Origin: an uncultured Thiotrichales bacterium
Lineage (GTDB): Bacteria; Pseudomonadota; Gammaproteobacteria; UBA4575
Direction of reading: 5' to 3'
Length of the DNA stretch: 64,000 nt
Assembly: GCA_964486815.1 (NCBI GenBank)
Contig: CAZAOO010000014.1
Coordinates: 16,041-80,040 of the forward strand
A program made the translations under genes and the position numbers. The notes beneath the pieces were generated by a model. That model saw only the letters and a program-made list of their open reading frames with translations, made no database searches and had not been told where the DNA came from. Positions 25,763-36,073 of this stretch are shown one piece after another (the first letter of the stretch is position 1; the number at the start of each line of letters is the position of its first letter).

Positions 25763-27301
25763 ATGAGCGTAAAAAGCAATGTATTACGAAATACATTCTT
25801 CTCATCCGTAGGCATCTATATTGAATACTTACTGGGATTAGTCTGTTCTGTAATATTGACCAGAACTCTAGGACCCAATGATTTTGGTGTATACACACTT
25901 TTTATTTGGATATCCGCATCAAGCATTATCTTAATTAATGGTGGAATTAATACAGCACAAATAAAATATATATCTGAGTTAAATGAAAAGTATGGGATTA
26001 ACCATGCAAAATATGTAGTGCGAAAATTACGAAAATTACAAAGCATAAAAACGATTATTATTGTTTGTTTAGCCATTGCCGCTAAACCCTTCTTACTTGA
26101 CAGTCTTGAATTAGAAGATTACTCAAAATACTATTGGATTATGGTTATTGCCCTTCTTTTCAGAGGTCGGTATATGTTCAATATCTCAACACTCAAGGGT
26201 TATCAAAGATTCGACCTACAAGCAAAAGTATCATTAATAGTTACACCAATTAATTTACTATTAATAATATTTGCAGCTATTTATTTTAAAAACATAGATG
26301 CATTTATGTATGTTTATCTTATTACAGGCATTATTTTCTTCTTTATTTCTAGATATATCTGTAGAGACTATAATAATTGCAAAGACGCAATTACACTAGA
26401 TGACAAAACTAACTCAAGAATGAATGACTACTTAAGAATTACAAGCATCATGGTAATACTTTCTTATTTTATATCTAATGAATTAGAGATTTTTATGTTA
26501 GGTTGGTTAACTAGTGCAAAAGATGCTGGCATGTTTAGAATTGCGATGACACTGTCGTCTAGTATACTATTGATGATACCTGGTGTTTTCAGCGCAATCT
26601 TACTACCTCTAATATCCAGTTCTTTAGCAGAAGGAAATAAAGTAGCAAAACATAGATTATTTGAATCCACAAGAATTCTGATTATTTTATGTATACCGTT
26701 ATCTGTTTTTGTTTTTAGCATTTCTTCGCAATTAATTCTTGCTGTATATGGCCCTTCATATCTGGAAGCTAGTATAGCTTTATCTATTTGCATAATAGGT
26801 ATATCGATCGCTAAAATTGCTGATGGCTCACAAAGTTATTTACTTAGCGCAGAAAAACAAAAAGTATTGCTTTATATATTAATAATCTCATTATCAATAA
26901 AATTATTAATTGGTTACTATTTGATTAAAAATTATGCGTTACTTGGCGCATGTATAACCTATGTTGTTAGTCTAACGATAGCCTATGTGCCACGAATCTA
27001 TTTGGCATGCAAATACTCCGGCTCTAATTTTCCCTACATGACATTGATTAAAACCATAATTATTTCATTGTTATGCTTATTACCACTATATTTTATATCG
27101 GTAGATAATATATATCTTTCATTAATTACGCTTAGTATGTTATTTATCACTATTTTTATATTTTTAAGCATTATATTTAAATTACTAGAAAGCTCTGACT
27201 ATGCTACTTTGAATTCACAAATAGTAAAAATACCATTCGCCATACCAAAGAGCTTTCTATCAAGAATAACTGTTTGGTTACAAAATTATCACAAGATATA
27301 G
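25763..27301 (+). CDS. Wzx-type oligosaccharide flippase (polysaccharide biosynthesis protein, MOP superfamily)
   Basis: 512 aa with about 12-14 TM helices. The N-terminus NVLRNTFFSSVGIYIEYLLGLVCSVILTRTLGPNDFGVY is typical of Wzx-like proteins. Confidence 0.8.
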   Translation: MSVKSNVLRNTFFSSVGIYIEYLLGLVCSVILTRTLGPNDFGVYTLFIWISASSIILINGGINTAQIKYISELNEKYGINHAKYVVRKLRKLQSIKTIIIVCLAIAAKPFLLDSLELEDYSKYYWIMVIALLFRGRYMFNISTLKGYQRFDLQAKVSLIVTPINLLLIIFAAIYFKNIDAFMYVYLITGIIFFFISRYICRDYNNCKDAITLDDKTNSRMNDYLRITSIMVILSYFISNELEIFMLGWLTSAKDAGMFRIAMTLSSSILLMIPGVFSAILLPLISSSLAEGNKVAKHRLFESTRILIILCIPLSVFVFSISSQLILAVYGPSYLEASIALSICIIGISIAKIADGSQSYLLSAEKQKVLLYILIISLSIKLLIGYYLIKNYALLGACITYVVSLTIAYVPRIYLACKYSGSNFPYMTLIKTIIISLLCLLPLYFISVDNIYLSLITLSMLFITIFIFLSIIFKLLESSDYATLNSQIVKIPFAIPKSFLSRITVWLQNYHKI

Positions 27302-27373
27302 ATAAAGAATTAATACTCCCATTTTGTAATAATCACTTCTAATGTATACGCATATAGTATAAACATTACTCTA

Positions 27374-28519
27374 ATGACGATTAATATTTTACACTTCACT
27401 TACTCTTTAAGCACGGGAGGCCGTCGTAATGCGATTGTCAACTTATCAAATGGTTTGTCAAAGAAAGAGGTGAATAATTTTGCTTGCTCAGTAAATCCTA
27501 TAACAGATAAAGAATATCAAGAGCTCTGCAATGCAAGTATAATTGAGATCCCTTCCCTTGATTCGCAAAGTCATTATTTAAATAATTTACGAAAACTACT
27601 CTATCAGCTTGAAACAATATGTATAAAAAATGATATCAATTTAATACACTCACATGATGCATCGAGCCAAATTATTTCTGCTTTTCTGGTTTCAAAAACT
27701 AAACTCTTTCCACATGTTTATACGTTTCATCGATCTTTACCATTAGACACAAAAGGTATTAAAAATAAGCTTCGTAATTTTTATGCTAATAAACATACAA
27801 ACATAATTACAGTAGGCTCAAACGACCGCAAAAATCATTACTTAAATAACAATTATTTTATAAATAAAAATAAAGTCAAAATAATACCATTTGGAATAGA
27901 ATTAGAGAAATATAAACACTCTTCAGAACAACGTAAAATAATACGTAGTCAGGAAAATTTTAGTGAATCTGACATTGTCCTTGGCTGTATTGGACATTTT
28001 GGAAAAGAAAAAGGAATTGACATAATCATACACGCTTTTTCTAAACTAATAAGTGAGGCCAGTATAACCAACATTAAATTGGTTATAGCTGGAACAGGTA
28101 ATAAAAATGAAACTATTTTCATCAATAGCTTATGTAGAAAATTAAACCTTCAAAATAAAGTAACATTCACAGGTTTTGATAGCAATATCGAAAGATGGTA
28201 CAGCAGTTTTGATATTTTCATACATGCTGCAAGAACAGAAGCATTTGGCCTTGTACTTGTAGAAGCCATGGCTGCAGGCTTACCGATTGTAGCCAGCCGA
28301 GTAGGCGGTATGATTGACATAGTGGCTCATGGCAAGTCTGGCTATTTAGTAGAAACCGAGAACCCCAAGGAAATCGCAGATGCAGTCCTGAAATTAATTA
28401 ACAACCCTGAGTTATTACACCAGTTTGGCAACAATGGTTATAAGATAGCAAAATCTAATTACTCATTAGACATTTTTGCAAACGCATATTTAGAATTATA
28501 TAGCCAACTTATTAATTAA
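27374..28519 (+). CDS. GT4 glycosyltransferase
   Basis: The C-terminal signature EAFGLVLVEAMAAGLPIVASRVGGMIDIVAHGKSGYL (E-x7-E region). Confidence 0.85.
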   Translation: MTINILHFTYSLSTGGRRNAIVNLSNGLSKKEVNNFACSVNPITDKEYQELCNASIIEIPSLDSQSHYLNNLRKLLYQLETICIKNDINLIHSHDASSQIISAFLVSKTKLFPHVYTFHRSLPLDTKGIKNKLRNFYANKHTNIITVGSNDRKNHYLNNNYFINKNKVKIIPFGIELEKYKHSSEQRKIIRSQENFSESDIVLGCIGHFGKEKGIDIIIHAFSKLISEASITNIKLVIAGTGNKNETIFINSLCRKLNLQNKVTFTGFDSNIERWYSSFDIFIHAARTEAFGLVLVEAMAAGLPIVASRVGGMIDIVAHGKSGYLVETENPKEIADAVLKLINNPELLHQFGNNGYKIAKSNYSLDIFANAYLELYSQLIN

Positions 28520-28528
28520 AACTACAAT

Positions 28529-29545
28529 TTAAATTTTGGTTGCATGATCGATTTGTGGAACTACTCCATTCTCATACTTTTCTCTCAATATATATGATGC
28601 CGAAATAGGATCTTCTAGTGGATCCCAATCTTTTGTAAATAACCGTTTAGCAATTGTAGTAGTTTTATTAGCTGCCCATATAGGCATACCTATGAAACGT
28701 GCTAATAAAAATATCTTACGACGAAATGCCCATACATACATGGCATTTTCAGCATAAAATTTATAACGCCATCTTTTTTCAAATAAAGCATGAGATTCTC
28801 TAGATAATTTATTCTGCCACCTAAAAAAGAAAAATTTCATATCTGTATAATTCATGCGTGTATTTAAATTATCAAACAATATAACTGACTCCGGCTGCAC
28901 AACAATACATTTACCCATTGCCCTAGTTTGCAAGCCAATATCAATGTGTTCACGTACGACCATATGAGGTATTTCGATATTCTTCAAATGATCTGTAGAA
29001 AATAATACGCAATGCAGCTCAAAAGTATCCGTTTCCATGACACCTTTAGGCAACTCCTCAACCAATGCACGCCTATACTTCTTGTCTTCGATCAAATATT
29101 GCTGTTTATCATATTCCACACAACGAATATCACAAGTATGAAGATGATTACGTATCGCCCCACCCTCATCAACACCTTTTTTTTCAAGTGTCAAAGGCGA
29201 AACAATTACATTTTTTTCATTAACTGCATTGATTAAGGGTGGCAACCAACCCGATGTAACTCTTGAATCATTATCAATCAAGACCGTATAAGTAGTAACT
29301 ATCTCACCTCTAACTTTTTCTAGAGCTTCCATAGGAGTTATCAGACCATAATCAAATATTAATACATTTTCTTTTTCTTTTATGATTTTTTTAATTTTAT
29401 CTAACTCTTTCTTTGGGTAACCCAAGTCAAGAATTATTAATGTAAAATTAATATTTGTATGTTTGTATATATTCTCTACACAAGAATCTAATCCCGAATA
29501 CCTATCTCTTGGTGTGATTACAATTGTTAGTTTATTATTTTCCAT
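28529..29545 (-). CDS. GT-A (GT2-like) glycosyltransferase candidate
   Basis: The N-terminal LTIVITPRDRYSGLDSCVENIYKHT and VLIDNDSRV (a DXD-like motif) support the call. The family assignment is weak. Confidence 0.5.
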   Translation of the reverse strand: MENNKLTIVITPRDRYSGLDSCVENIYKHTNINFTLIILDLGYPKKELDKIKKIIKEKENVLIFDYGLITPMEALEKVRGEIVTTYTVLIDNDSRVTSGWLPPLINAVNEKNVIVSPLTLEKKGVDEGGAIRNHLHTCDIRCVEYDKQQYLIEDKKYRRALVEELPKGVMETDTFELHCVLFSTDHLKNIEIPHMVVREHIDIGLQTRAMGKCIVVQPESVILFDNLNTRMNYTDMKFFFFRWQNKLSRESHALFEKRWRYKFYAENAMYVWAFRRKIFLLARFIGMPIWAANKTTTIAKRLFTKDWDPLEDPISASYILREKYENGVVPQIDHATKI

Positions 29546-29574
29546 AAATATTACTTGTTTTACTGTTGCTTATT

Positions 29575-30723
29575 TTAACTCAATTCTTTATAGGCGTTAA
29601 ACACCTTATCTGACGTTGACTCCCAAGTGCTTGATCTAACACTGTTAACCCTTTGGTCCCTCGCTTCATTTGAGTCTTCGTTTAGGGCCTTTTGTACACA
29701 TTCTTCAAATGAACTATAGGAAGTAGCTATACCAATAATATCCGCAAAGCCTTTTATTTCTGGGAAATCTACAGACACTACAGGCACTCCAGTAGCGAGA
29801 TACTCCCTCAATTTAAGTGGACTACAATATTTTATCTGATAACTATCTATATAAGGTAAAATTGCGACATCAAACAAACTCGCATAATTCGGCAAATCTA
29901 TATATTCTTTCTTTCCTAGTAAATGAACATTTTCTAGGTCACTAATACTTTCTACATCTGCAGCACATTGACCTATTAATACTATATTCCAACTTCTATT
30001 GTTTTCAGCTAAATATTTTATAAGCTGAATATCTATCCAGTGTTCAATTAAACCAAAAAAACCTATAATCGGTTTTTCTATATTCTTCATATCCTCCGGG
30101 ATTTCTAAATTAGCTTTTTGAACAGAATTGAAATGGTCAAAATCAACACCATGCGGGCTATATTGTATTCTTTTAGCCATACATTTTTTATCTTCAAGCA
30201 ATTTATTCGAAGTAACAAAAACAAGGTCAACTGATTTCGTTACATAATCATCCATTTTCTTCACAGCATCATAATCCACGCCTGGAAAGGATGAATAATC
30301 ATCCGTACAGTAATAGACTAATTTGGAAGCTTTTATCTGATTAATTAGAAAGGCAACATGTGGAACAAGGAACCATAACGTTGGCTTATAGATTTTTTCT
30401 TTTTTACATATTCTTTTAACTTGATATGAACACAAAAACTTATTTAACATTGTGAATAACTTATTTCCATGTGCTGGGATCTGTAATAATGTATACACAG
30501 GAAATTTTTCATGGCTAATTCTTGGTTTAGAAAAAACATCCTGTAATTTTACAAATATTCTTTTAAGATCTCTGCCTGAAGACATTCTTGGTGCCCTCAA
30601 ACCAGGGCACTCGATATAAATCAAGTTTCGTTCTTTACTCAACCTTTGGGCAATATGATGACTACTGGTTTTATTTTCTCCAAACCATTCATTACCGAAA
30701 TAAAGTATTGCTTCTTGTTTCAT
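29575..30723 (-). CDS. GT-B glycosyltransferase (TuaH-like)
   Basis: The N-terminus ILYFGNEWFGENKTSSHHIAQRLSKERNLIYIE resembles TuaH-type enzymes. The C-terminus PLKLREYLATGVPVVS is a GT1/GT4-like signature. Confidence 0.65.
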   Translation of the reverse strand: MKQEAILYFGNEWFGENKTSSHHIAQRLSKERNLIYIECPGLRAPRMSSGRDLKRIFVKLQDVFSKPRISHEKFPVYTLLQIPAHGNKLFTMLNKFLCSYQVKRICKKEKIYKPTLWFLVPHVAFLINQIKASKLVYYCTDDYSSFPGVDYDAVKKMDDYVTKSVDLVFVTSNKLLEDKKCMAKRIQYSPHGVDFDHFNSVQKANLEIPEDMKNIEKPIIGFFGLIEHWIDIQLIKYLAENNRSWNIVLIGQCAADVESISDLENVHLLGKKEYIDLPNYASLFDVAILPYIDSYQIKYCSPLKLREYLATGVPVVSVDFPEIKGFADIIGIATSYSSFEECVQKALNEDSNEARDQRVNSVRSSTWESTSDKVFNAYKELS

Positions 30724-30780
30724 ATATTTATATAAATTCTATAACTAAATATAATATTTGCATTCCATTAATAAATAAAC

Positions 30781-31932
30781 TTAGGATGCAAATCTAGACA
30801 TTAAAATATCTGCGTTTTCTTCCCAACTTATAACACTATCGATACACTGCTTCGCCCCATCATTCAAATTTTCATTTAATGACTTATTAATTTTTTCCAC
30901 TAAATCATTTGTGTCATTTAAATTAAACAAGTACCCATTTATTCCCTGCTCTATCAATTCACGATGTGCATCAATATCAGACAACAGCACTGGTGTACCA
31001 CAAGCTTTTGCCTCTAATACAACGTTCGGCATACCTTCATTATCACTTGGAAGAATCAATAAATCGGCAGCATTCATCCATCCTGGTATTAATGAGTGCT
31101 CAATTACTCCATGTAAAATAATATTGTTGCTCATTTTATTGTCTACAATAAACTCTGATAATTGCTTATATAATGCCCCACCACCTATAACATGCAGAAC
31201 ATTATGATTGCCATACTTTCTTACAACTTCTACAAATGCTCGGACTAGCAGACTAATATTTTTTTCAGTTTTTAAGTTACCAATAAATAGGCAGTTATTA
31301 TTTGAATTTATTGGTATATCAATTAAATTATTTATTTCATCAACACTCATAGGATAAAATTTATTTTTATCCACCCCATTTGGGATTACAAATATTTTTT
31401 CTTGTGGCACATTGAATTCCCGTATCATAATTTCTTTCAATGCCATGCTAACGGAAATTATCTCTTTAGAAGACCTTAAGGTCCATGAGGTCAACCACCT
31501 TCTCAATGCCCCACGTACACTATGTATATCTGTGCCATGAACTTTTATTATCAAAGGCAAGTTATAACTTTTAGCAATTAAACAAGAAGCAAATGAATCA
31601 GGATAGGCCCAAGTAGAAAATATTGCAGAAGGTCTACTTTTTGAGATTAATGACCGCACCCGCTTGATAATAGATAGATAATAGAAATAGCCATACATGA
31701 ACCTCAATATTTTTGGTGTATAGTAATATTTAGGATGTACGACAGTATATTTTTGTGTGATGGCGAGCTCTTCATGCTTTTCCCAACAACTTGCATCAAC
31801 CCATGATATAGGAGCTACTACAGTGAGCTTGCATTTTAAAGATAAGTTATTAATCTGTTGGTAATTAAATAATCCTCTATTTGGCTCTTTCTTATTTGGG
31901 AATAGATTTGATATTACGATCAGCTCCATCAA
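30781..31932 (-). CDS. GT4 glycosyltransferase
   Basis: EGMPNVVLEAKACGTPVLLSDIDAHRELIEQGINGYL signature. Confidence 0.85.
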   Translation of the reverse strand: MMELIVISNLFPNKKEPNRGLFNYQQINNLSLKCKLTVVAPISWVDASCWEKHEELAITQKYTVVHPKYYYTPKILRFMYGYFYYLSIIKRVRSLISKSRPSAIFSTWAYPDSFASCLIAKSYNLPLIIKVHGTDIHSVRGALRRWLTSWTLRSSKEIISVSMALKEIMIREFNVPQEKIFVIPNGVDKNKFYPMSVDEINNLIDIPINSNNNCLFIGNLKTEKNISLLVRAFVEVVRKYGNHNVLHVIGGGALYKQLSEFIVDNKMSNNIILHGVIEHSLIPGWMNAADLLILPSDNEGMPNVVLEAKACGTPVLLSDIDAHRELIEQGINGYLFNLNDTNDLVEKINKSLNENLNDGAKQCIDSVISWEENADILMSRFAS

Positions 31933-31935
31933 ACA

Positions 31936-33150
31936 CTAATCCTTAGTTACTGATTTTTTAGACCATTTTGGTTTATCAATAATATAATCTCTGTAATCTC
32001 CCGGTTTACCACCACATCCCTTTTCTGCAGCTTTTACAATATTGTACATTTCACGTGCTGAAACATAGTGCAATACATAATTAGAGCCATCATTATATTT
32101 ATTTTCCAAGTCAGTAAAAAATTTATCTAATGGGCCATCTAACAAAACCTTCATACTGTCTTCTTGTGCGCCATGAGTATGTATTTTTATAAATACCCAA
32201 TCACTTTTTCCTTTGACATGAATATTGCACTTTAGCCATGATTTCATTCTATGAATTACAGGCGGTTGTTCATGACGAATATCCGAATTTTCTATTTTTG
32301 GAATAAACAGAAAAGGAACACGTGTTTTTTTCCAAACTAGAGTCAGCGGGCCTTGTATAAGCATCAAATCTCCTGATACCTGGCCATTTACACACACATC
32401 AATACCATTATTATGAGACTTAGCCTTATGAGGATCATCTTTCGCGTAGTAAATACTATTAATTTTTTTAGTTTGGGATTCGTCCGGTGCTGCAGGTAAA
32501 GTAAAATCTGCATAGCAATTAAGTTTTTTCAATAACGTGATTTCATTGTTAAGACCACACCACTTACCATCATTTCTAGAATTATCTAAACACCAATTAC
32601 CATGGATAAATGACCATGCAGGTAAGTTTGTATGTTTATTTTTGGCAATTGCGCCATGCATGTTGTCAAGAGTATTGATAAACCCATTAATTGTTTGATT
32701 AAAATTTTCTTCAGTATCATCGTTATGATGCAAATGAATTTCAATTTCACCAAACCCTTTGGAGCATAAATCGCTTAATTTATCTAAAAATTCAAACTCA
32801 TACTCCTCCTCAGGATAAAAAAAAGTATGCTTTGGATAACATCCATCAGCATCCAGATGTTTGGATGCAATCTGCTCATATTCCAGCTGCCATCTAGTTA
32901 CTCTTTCGAGCTGAACATTATACTCAGGTCTTCCCCAATTAGGCTCAAAGTGGTCTACAAAACAAAATATAATATGTGTTGGTGTATTTTTATTTTTAGA
33001 ATTTTTAAACAATGCCAAAAAATAAGATGAAACCCATATATCTATATTTTTTATCTTTAACAACACATAAAATATTATCAATAAGAAAGATATCGCCAGC
33101 ATAAATAATAACAGAATAATATTCATGGTTATCTTGCTGTACGCTCCCAC
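31936..33150 (-). CDS. N-terminally membrane-anchored protein of unknown function with His/Asp-rich motifs; possibly a divergent metal-dependent polysaccharide hydrolase or deacetylase
   Basis: TM anchor IILLLFMLAISFLLIIFYVLL. Motifs FCFVDHFEPNWG, EIEIHLHHNDD, FIHGNW and IKIHTHGAQ. The start overlaps the 3' end of the upstream GT2 gene by 22 nt. Confidence 0.3.
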   Translation of the reverse strand: MGAYSKITMNIILLLFMLAISFLLIIFYVLLKIKNIDIWVSSYFLALFKNSKNKNTPTHIIFCFVDHFEPNWGRPEYNVQLERVTRWQLEYEQIASKHLDADGCYPKHTFFYPEEEYEFEFLDKLSDLCSKGFGEIEIHLHHNDDTEENFNQTINGFINTLDNMHGAIAKNKHTNLPAWSFIHGNWCLDNSRNDGKWCGLNNEITLLKKLNCYADFTLPAAPDESQTKKINSIYYAKDDPHKAKSHNNGIDVCVNGQVSGDLMLIQGPLTLVWKKTRVPFLFIPKIENSDIRHEQPPVIHRMKSWLKCNIHVKGKSDWVFIKIHTHGAQEDSMKVLLDGPLDKFFTDLENKYNDGSNYVLHYVSAREMYNIVKAAEKGCGGKPGDYRDYIIDKPKWSKKSVTKD

Positions 33151-34283
33151 GCCGGATTAATATTTTTCTTTAGGTATTTTATGAAACCAACCAAAAATGC
33201 TGTATTCATTACAACAAAATAAATTAATAATTTAACAATATTAGGAAAATTATCTACCAGCCCTTTAGTAACTGCAGCTAAAGTAAGCAAATACAACAAA
33301 ACTTGAGAAAAAAATGTGAATTTGTAAAACATACTGCCATCTAACAAAAATAAATTAACAACAAAACCTATTAACATAAAGTGTGGCGTAAACCATCTTA
33401 AGACTTTGTGCGAGACGTAGGTAAAAAAATACATACTTTTATAAAATGGATTTAGCAATTGAGGCAATCTAAAAAATGCTTGATAATTACCTACACCAAT
33501 TCTTACTCTGCGTTTAAATTCCTGTGAGAGATTATCTGGGACATATTCTTTAGCCACTGCTTCAGGCTCATAAATAATATTATAATTTTGTAGCACAATA
33601 TTCATTGCCACTATAAAATCATCAATGATAGTGTTCTTTTCTATTGGTATATATAACTCTCGTTTAATTGCATAAATTGCGCCATTTGCACCAAGCAAAC
33701 CATTAACCTGGCTTTCTTTAGACTTAATATATTTTTCATACATCCAATAAAGCCCATCTTGATTACTGCTATTAGCATTTGACAGCAGCATTAAATCACC
33801 ACAAACCCCACCAACATTATCTTGACTAAAATTTGAAACGAGCTTCTTAATAGCTGATTTTTCAAACATAGTGTTTGCATCTGAAAAAACTAGAATACTC
33901 TCTTTTGCTAATTGACATAAATCATTTAGTACCGATGCTTTGCCACGCCTATTATCAAATTGAATAAATTTTAAATTATCACAATCATAAGCATCTATTA
34001 ATTTATTAGTATCATCTGTACTACCATCCGAACCTATATAAATGACGCACTTATCTTTTGGATAGTCTATGTTTTTTAGATTTTCTAACCTATTAATGAT
34101 CTCACTCTCTTCATTATAAGCTGCGATAATTACAGCTACCGTTGGAAGATCAGTATCAGCAAAATCCTTGGACCTATCTATTTCGTATCTCGTGGAATCA
34201 CTTGCAAGCAATGATAATAGTAATGGATAGATCATGTATGAATAAAATACCAATCCAAAAGACAACCAAAACAAGATTTCCAT
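33129..34283 (-). CDS. Membrane-embedded GT2 with processive-synthase-like motifs (PgaC/IcaA/cellulose-synthase-like)
   Basis: TVAVIIAAYNEESEI, YIGSDGSTDDT, LVFSDANTMFE, GANGAIYAIKRELY and IIDDFIVAM are present. QEFKRRVRIGVG sits at the position of Q(Q/R)xRW. TM helices flank both ends of the catalytic domain. Confidence 0.65.
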   Translation of the reverse strand: MEILFWLSFGLVFYSYMIYPLLLSLLASDSTRYEIDRSKDFADTDLPTVAVIIAAYNEESEIINRLENLKNIDYPKDKCVIYIGSDGSTDDTNKLIDAYDCDNLKFIQFDNRRGKASVLNDLCQLAKESILVFSDANTMFEKSAIKKLVSNFSQDNVGGVCGDLMLLSNANSSNQDGLYWMYEKYIKSKESQVNGLLGANGAIYAIKRELYIPIEKNTIIDDFIVAMNIVLQNYNIIYEPEAVAKEYVPDNLSQEFKRRVRIGVGNYQAFFRLPQLLNPFYKSMYFFTYVSHKVLRWFTPHFMLIGFVVNLFLLDGSMFYKFTFFSQVLLYLLTLAAVTKGLVDNFPNIVKLLIYFVVMNTAFLVGFIKYLKKNINPAWERTAR

Positions 34284-34299
34284 ATTTTATTGTCAGCAA

Positions 34300-34947
34300 T
34301 TAAGATCTAGCTAAATGGCTAATGGGTTGGATAGAAAAACCAGAAATTTTCCAATTTTCTATTAAACTAGGCAACGCATCTATCGTAAATGAATTATCGT
34401 CATGAAAAAGAATTATATCACCTGACTTAACAGGTTGTCGTTCAAAGCGTTCGATGAGTTGTTCTTTGCCAAGCTGGTTATAATCCTTACTATCGATACT
34501 CCAATATATAATTTGACGACCAGAAACAATTAACCTTACTAATAAGGACAGACTCATTCGACCTCGAGGCGGCCTAAATGCTAGAGGCACTGGTTGATGC
34601 TGCATCTTAGGCAACAATTCATCTAGCTTCTTGATATCTTGAACTTGCTCAGTTGTCGAAAGAGCCTCAAACTGCCAATGGCTATACGCATGATTATATA
34701 CATCATGACCTTCGGAAATAATATTAGATAAAATTTCTCTATATTTATTAACATGGTCGCCGGTAACAAAGAAACTTGCTTTTACATTATAATGCTTAAG
34801 AATCTCTAACAATTTCTCTGTATAGCCTTGATGTGGGCCGTCATCAAATGTTAAATAAATAGTATTATCACTATCTGAGCCTGAAAAAAGTAAAAACTTA
34901 TTTGGCACAAGCCTGAAAAAAAGATTTTTATAATAACCTAATGACAC
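34300..34947 (-). CDS. Polysaccharide deacetylase (CE4)
   Basis: IYLTFDDGPHQGYTEKLLEILKHYNVKASFFVTGDHV, and HAYSHWQF as the second His motif. Confidence 0.85.
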   Translation of the reverse strand: MSLGYYKNLFFRLVPNKFLLFSGSDSDNTIYLTFDDGPHQGYTEKLLEILKHYNVKASFFVTGDHVNKYREILSNIISEGHDVYNHAYSHWQFEALSTTEQVQDIKKLDELLPKMQHQPVPLAFRPPRGRMSLSLLVRLIVSGRQIIYWSIDSKDYNQLGKEQLIERFERQPVKSGDIILFHDDNSFTIDALPSLIENWKISGFSIQPISHLARS

Positions 34948-34957
34948 CAGTTAATCC

Positions 34958-36058
34958 TCAAGTGCACTTTTGATATAAACTATCATAACCAGCACGCATA
35001 CTTCTGACGTCGCCATACTCCTTAACCCATTCCTTGCCCGATATTGCAAAATTCTCCCTCATCTCTTTATTTTCTATTAATCTAGATAATTTTTCCGCGA
35101 GAGCACTTTTATCTTTAGCTGGAACAACAAACCCATTTATATTATCTCTAACTATTTCAGCATTACCACCAACATCAGTAGCTACAATGGGAATACCCAC
35201 AGCACAAGCCTCTAATAATGCAATTGAATAACCTTCAGATACAGATGATGAAACAAATATGTCAATTTTAGGTAATAATGGCTTAACATTTTCAGTATCA
35301 CCAATAAAAGTGACCTTCTCATCAACTCCAATTTCTTTCGAATATTTTTTTAATTTACGCTCAAGCTTACCGCCGCCAATGATTAACAATTCAATATTTT
35401 CAAAATCTGTAGTTAATATATGAAATGCATCCAGTAAAGTATAAAAATCTTTTGCCCAATTTAATCTGCCAACACTACCAATCGTAATAATATTATTTGG
35501 ATTTTTATTATTGATATTCTTTTTTGCTTGCGCTTTTAAAGAGGTAAATTCATTTACTTTAATTCCATTTTTAACGACAACACACTTTTTACTATTGACA
35601 ATGCCATCATTAATAAACTTTTTTCTTGCAGCTTCACAAACTGCAACAGTGTATTTTGTTCTTTTCATAGTTTTTTTATAATGTCGCTCAAGTTTAGAAT
35701 TAGGATCTTTTGATCCCATTCCATGTCTTGTATTAATTAAACTATAAGAGCGCCTTAATATTATAGTAAAATAAACATAATAGTTAGGAACCGCATTATG
35801 TGTATGAATTATATCAGGTGCTTCAGACTGAATAATCTTTCGAAGTTTAAATAAAGCCTTTAAATCGAGAGACTTTCTCTTATTACAAACAATTACACTA
35901 ATGCCTTTATTTAGCGTTTCTTTCGCTAACTCACCTGCATCAAATATACAAATAATGCTGCATTTATGACCCTCTTTGACTTGTGCCTCAACAAGATCTA
36001 TCACTACCCTTTCCAATCCACCACGGCCCAAGGTTTCAACCACATGTATGATTTTCAT
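34958..36058 (-). CDS. GT4 glycosyltransferase
   Basis: MKIIHVVETLGRGGLERVV N-terminus and SVSEGYSIALLEACAVGIPIVATDVGGNAEIV signature. Confidence 0.85.
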   Translation of the reverse strand: MKIIHVVETLGRGGLERVVIDLVEAQVKEGHKCSIICIFDAGELAKETLNKGISVIVCNKRKSLDLKALFKLRKIIQSEAPDIIHTHNAVPNYYVYFTIILRRSYSLINTRHGMGSKDPNSKLERHYKKTMKRTKYTVAVCEAARKKFINDGIVNSKKCVVVKNGIKVNEFTSLKAQAKKNINNKNPNNIITIGSVGRLNWAKDFYTLLDAFHILTTDFENIELLIIGGGKLERKLKKYSKEIGVDEKVTFIGDTENVKPLLPKIDIFVSSSVSEGYSIALLEACAVGIPIVATDVGGNAEIVRDNINGFVVPAKDKSALAEKLSRLIENKEMRENFAISGKEWVKEYGDVRSMRAGYDSLYQKCT

Positions 36059-36073
36059 ATATTTTACAAAGAG

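Noticed and set aside
28304-28311. ops/JUMPStart-like sequence ggcggtat (RfaH antitermination signal is GGCGGTAG)
   Set aside because: It carries one mismatch and lies inside the GT4 coding sequence, not in an operon leader. No exact GGCGGTAG or its complement was noticed in the leaders of the long operons.
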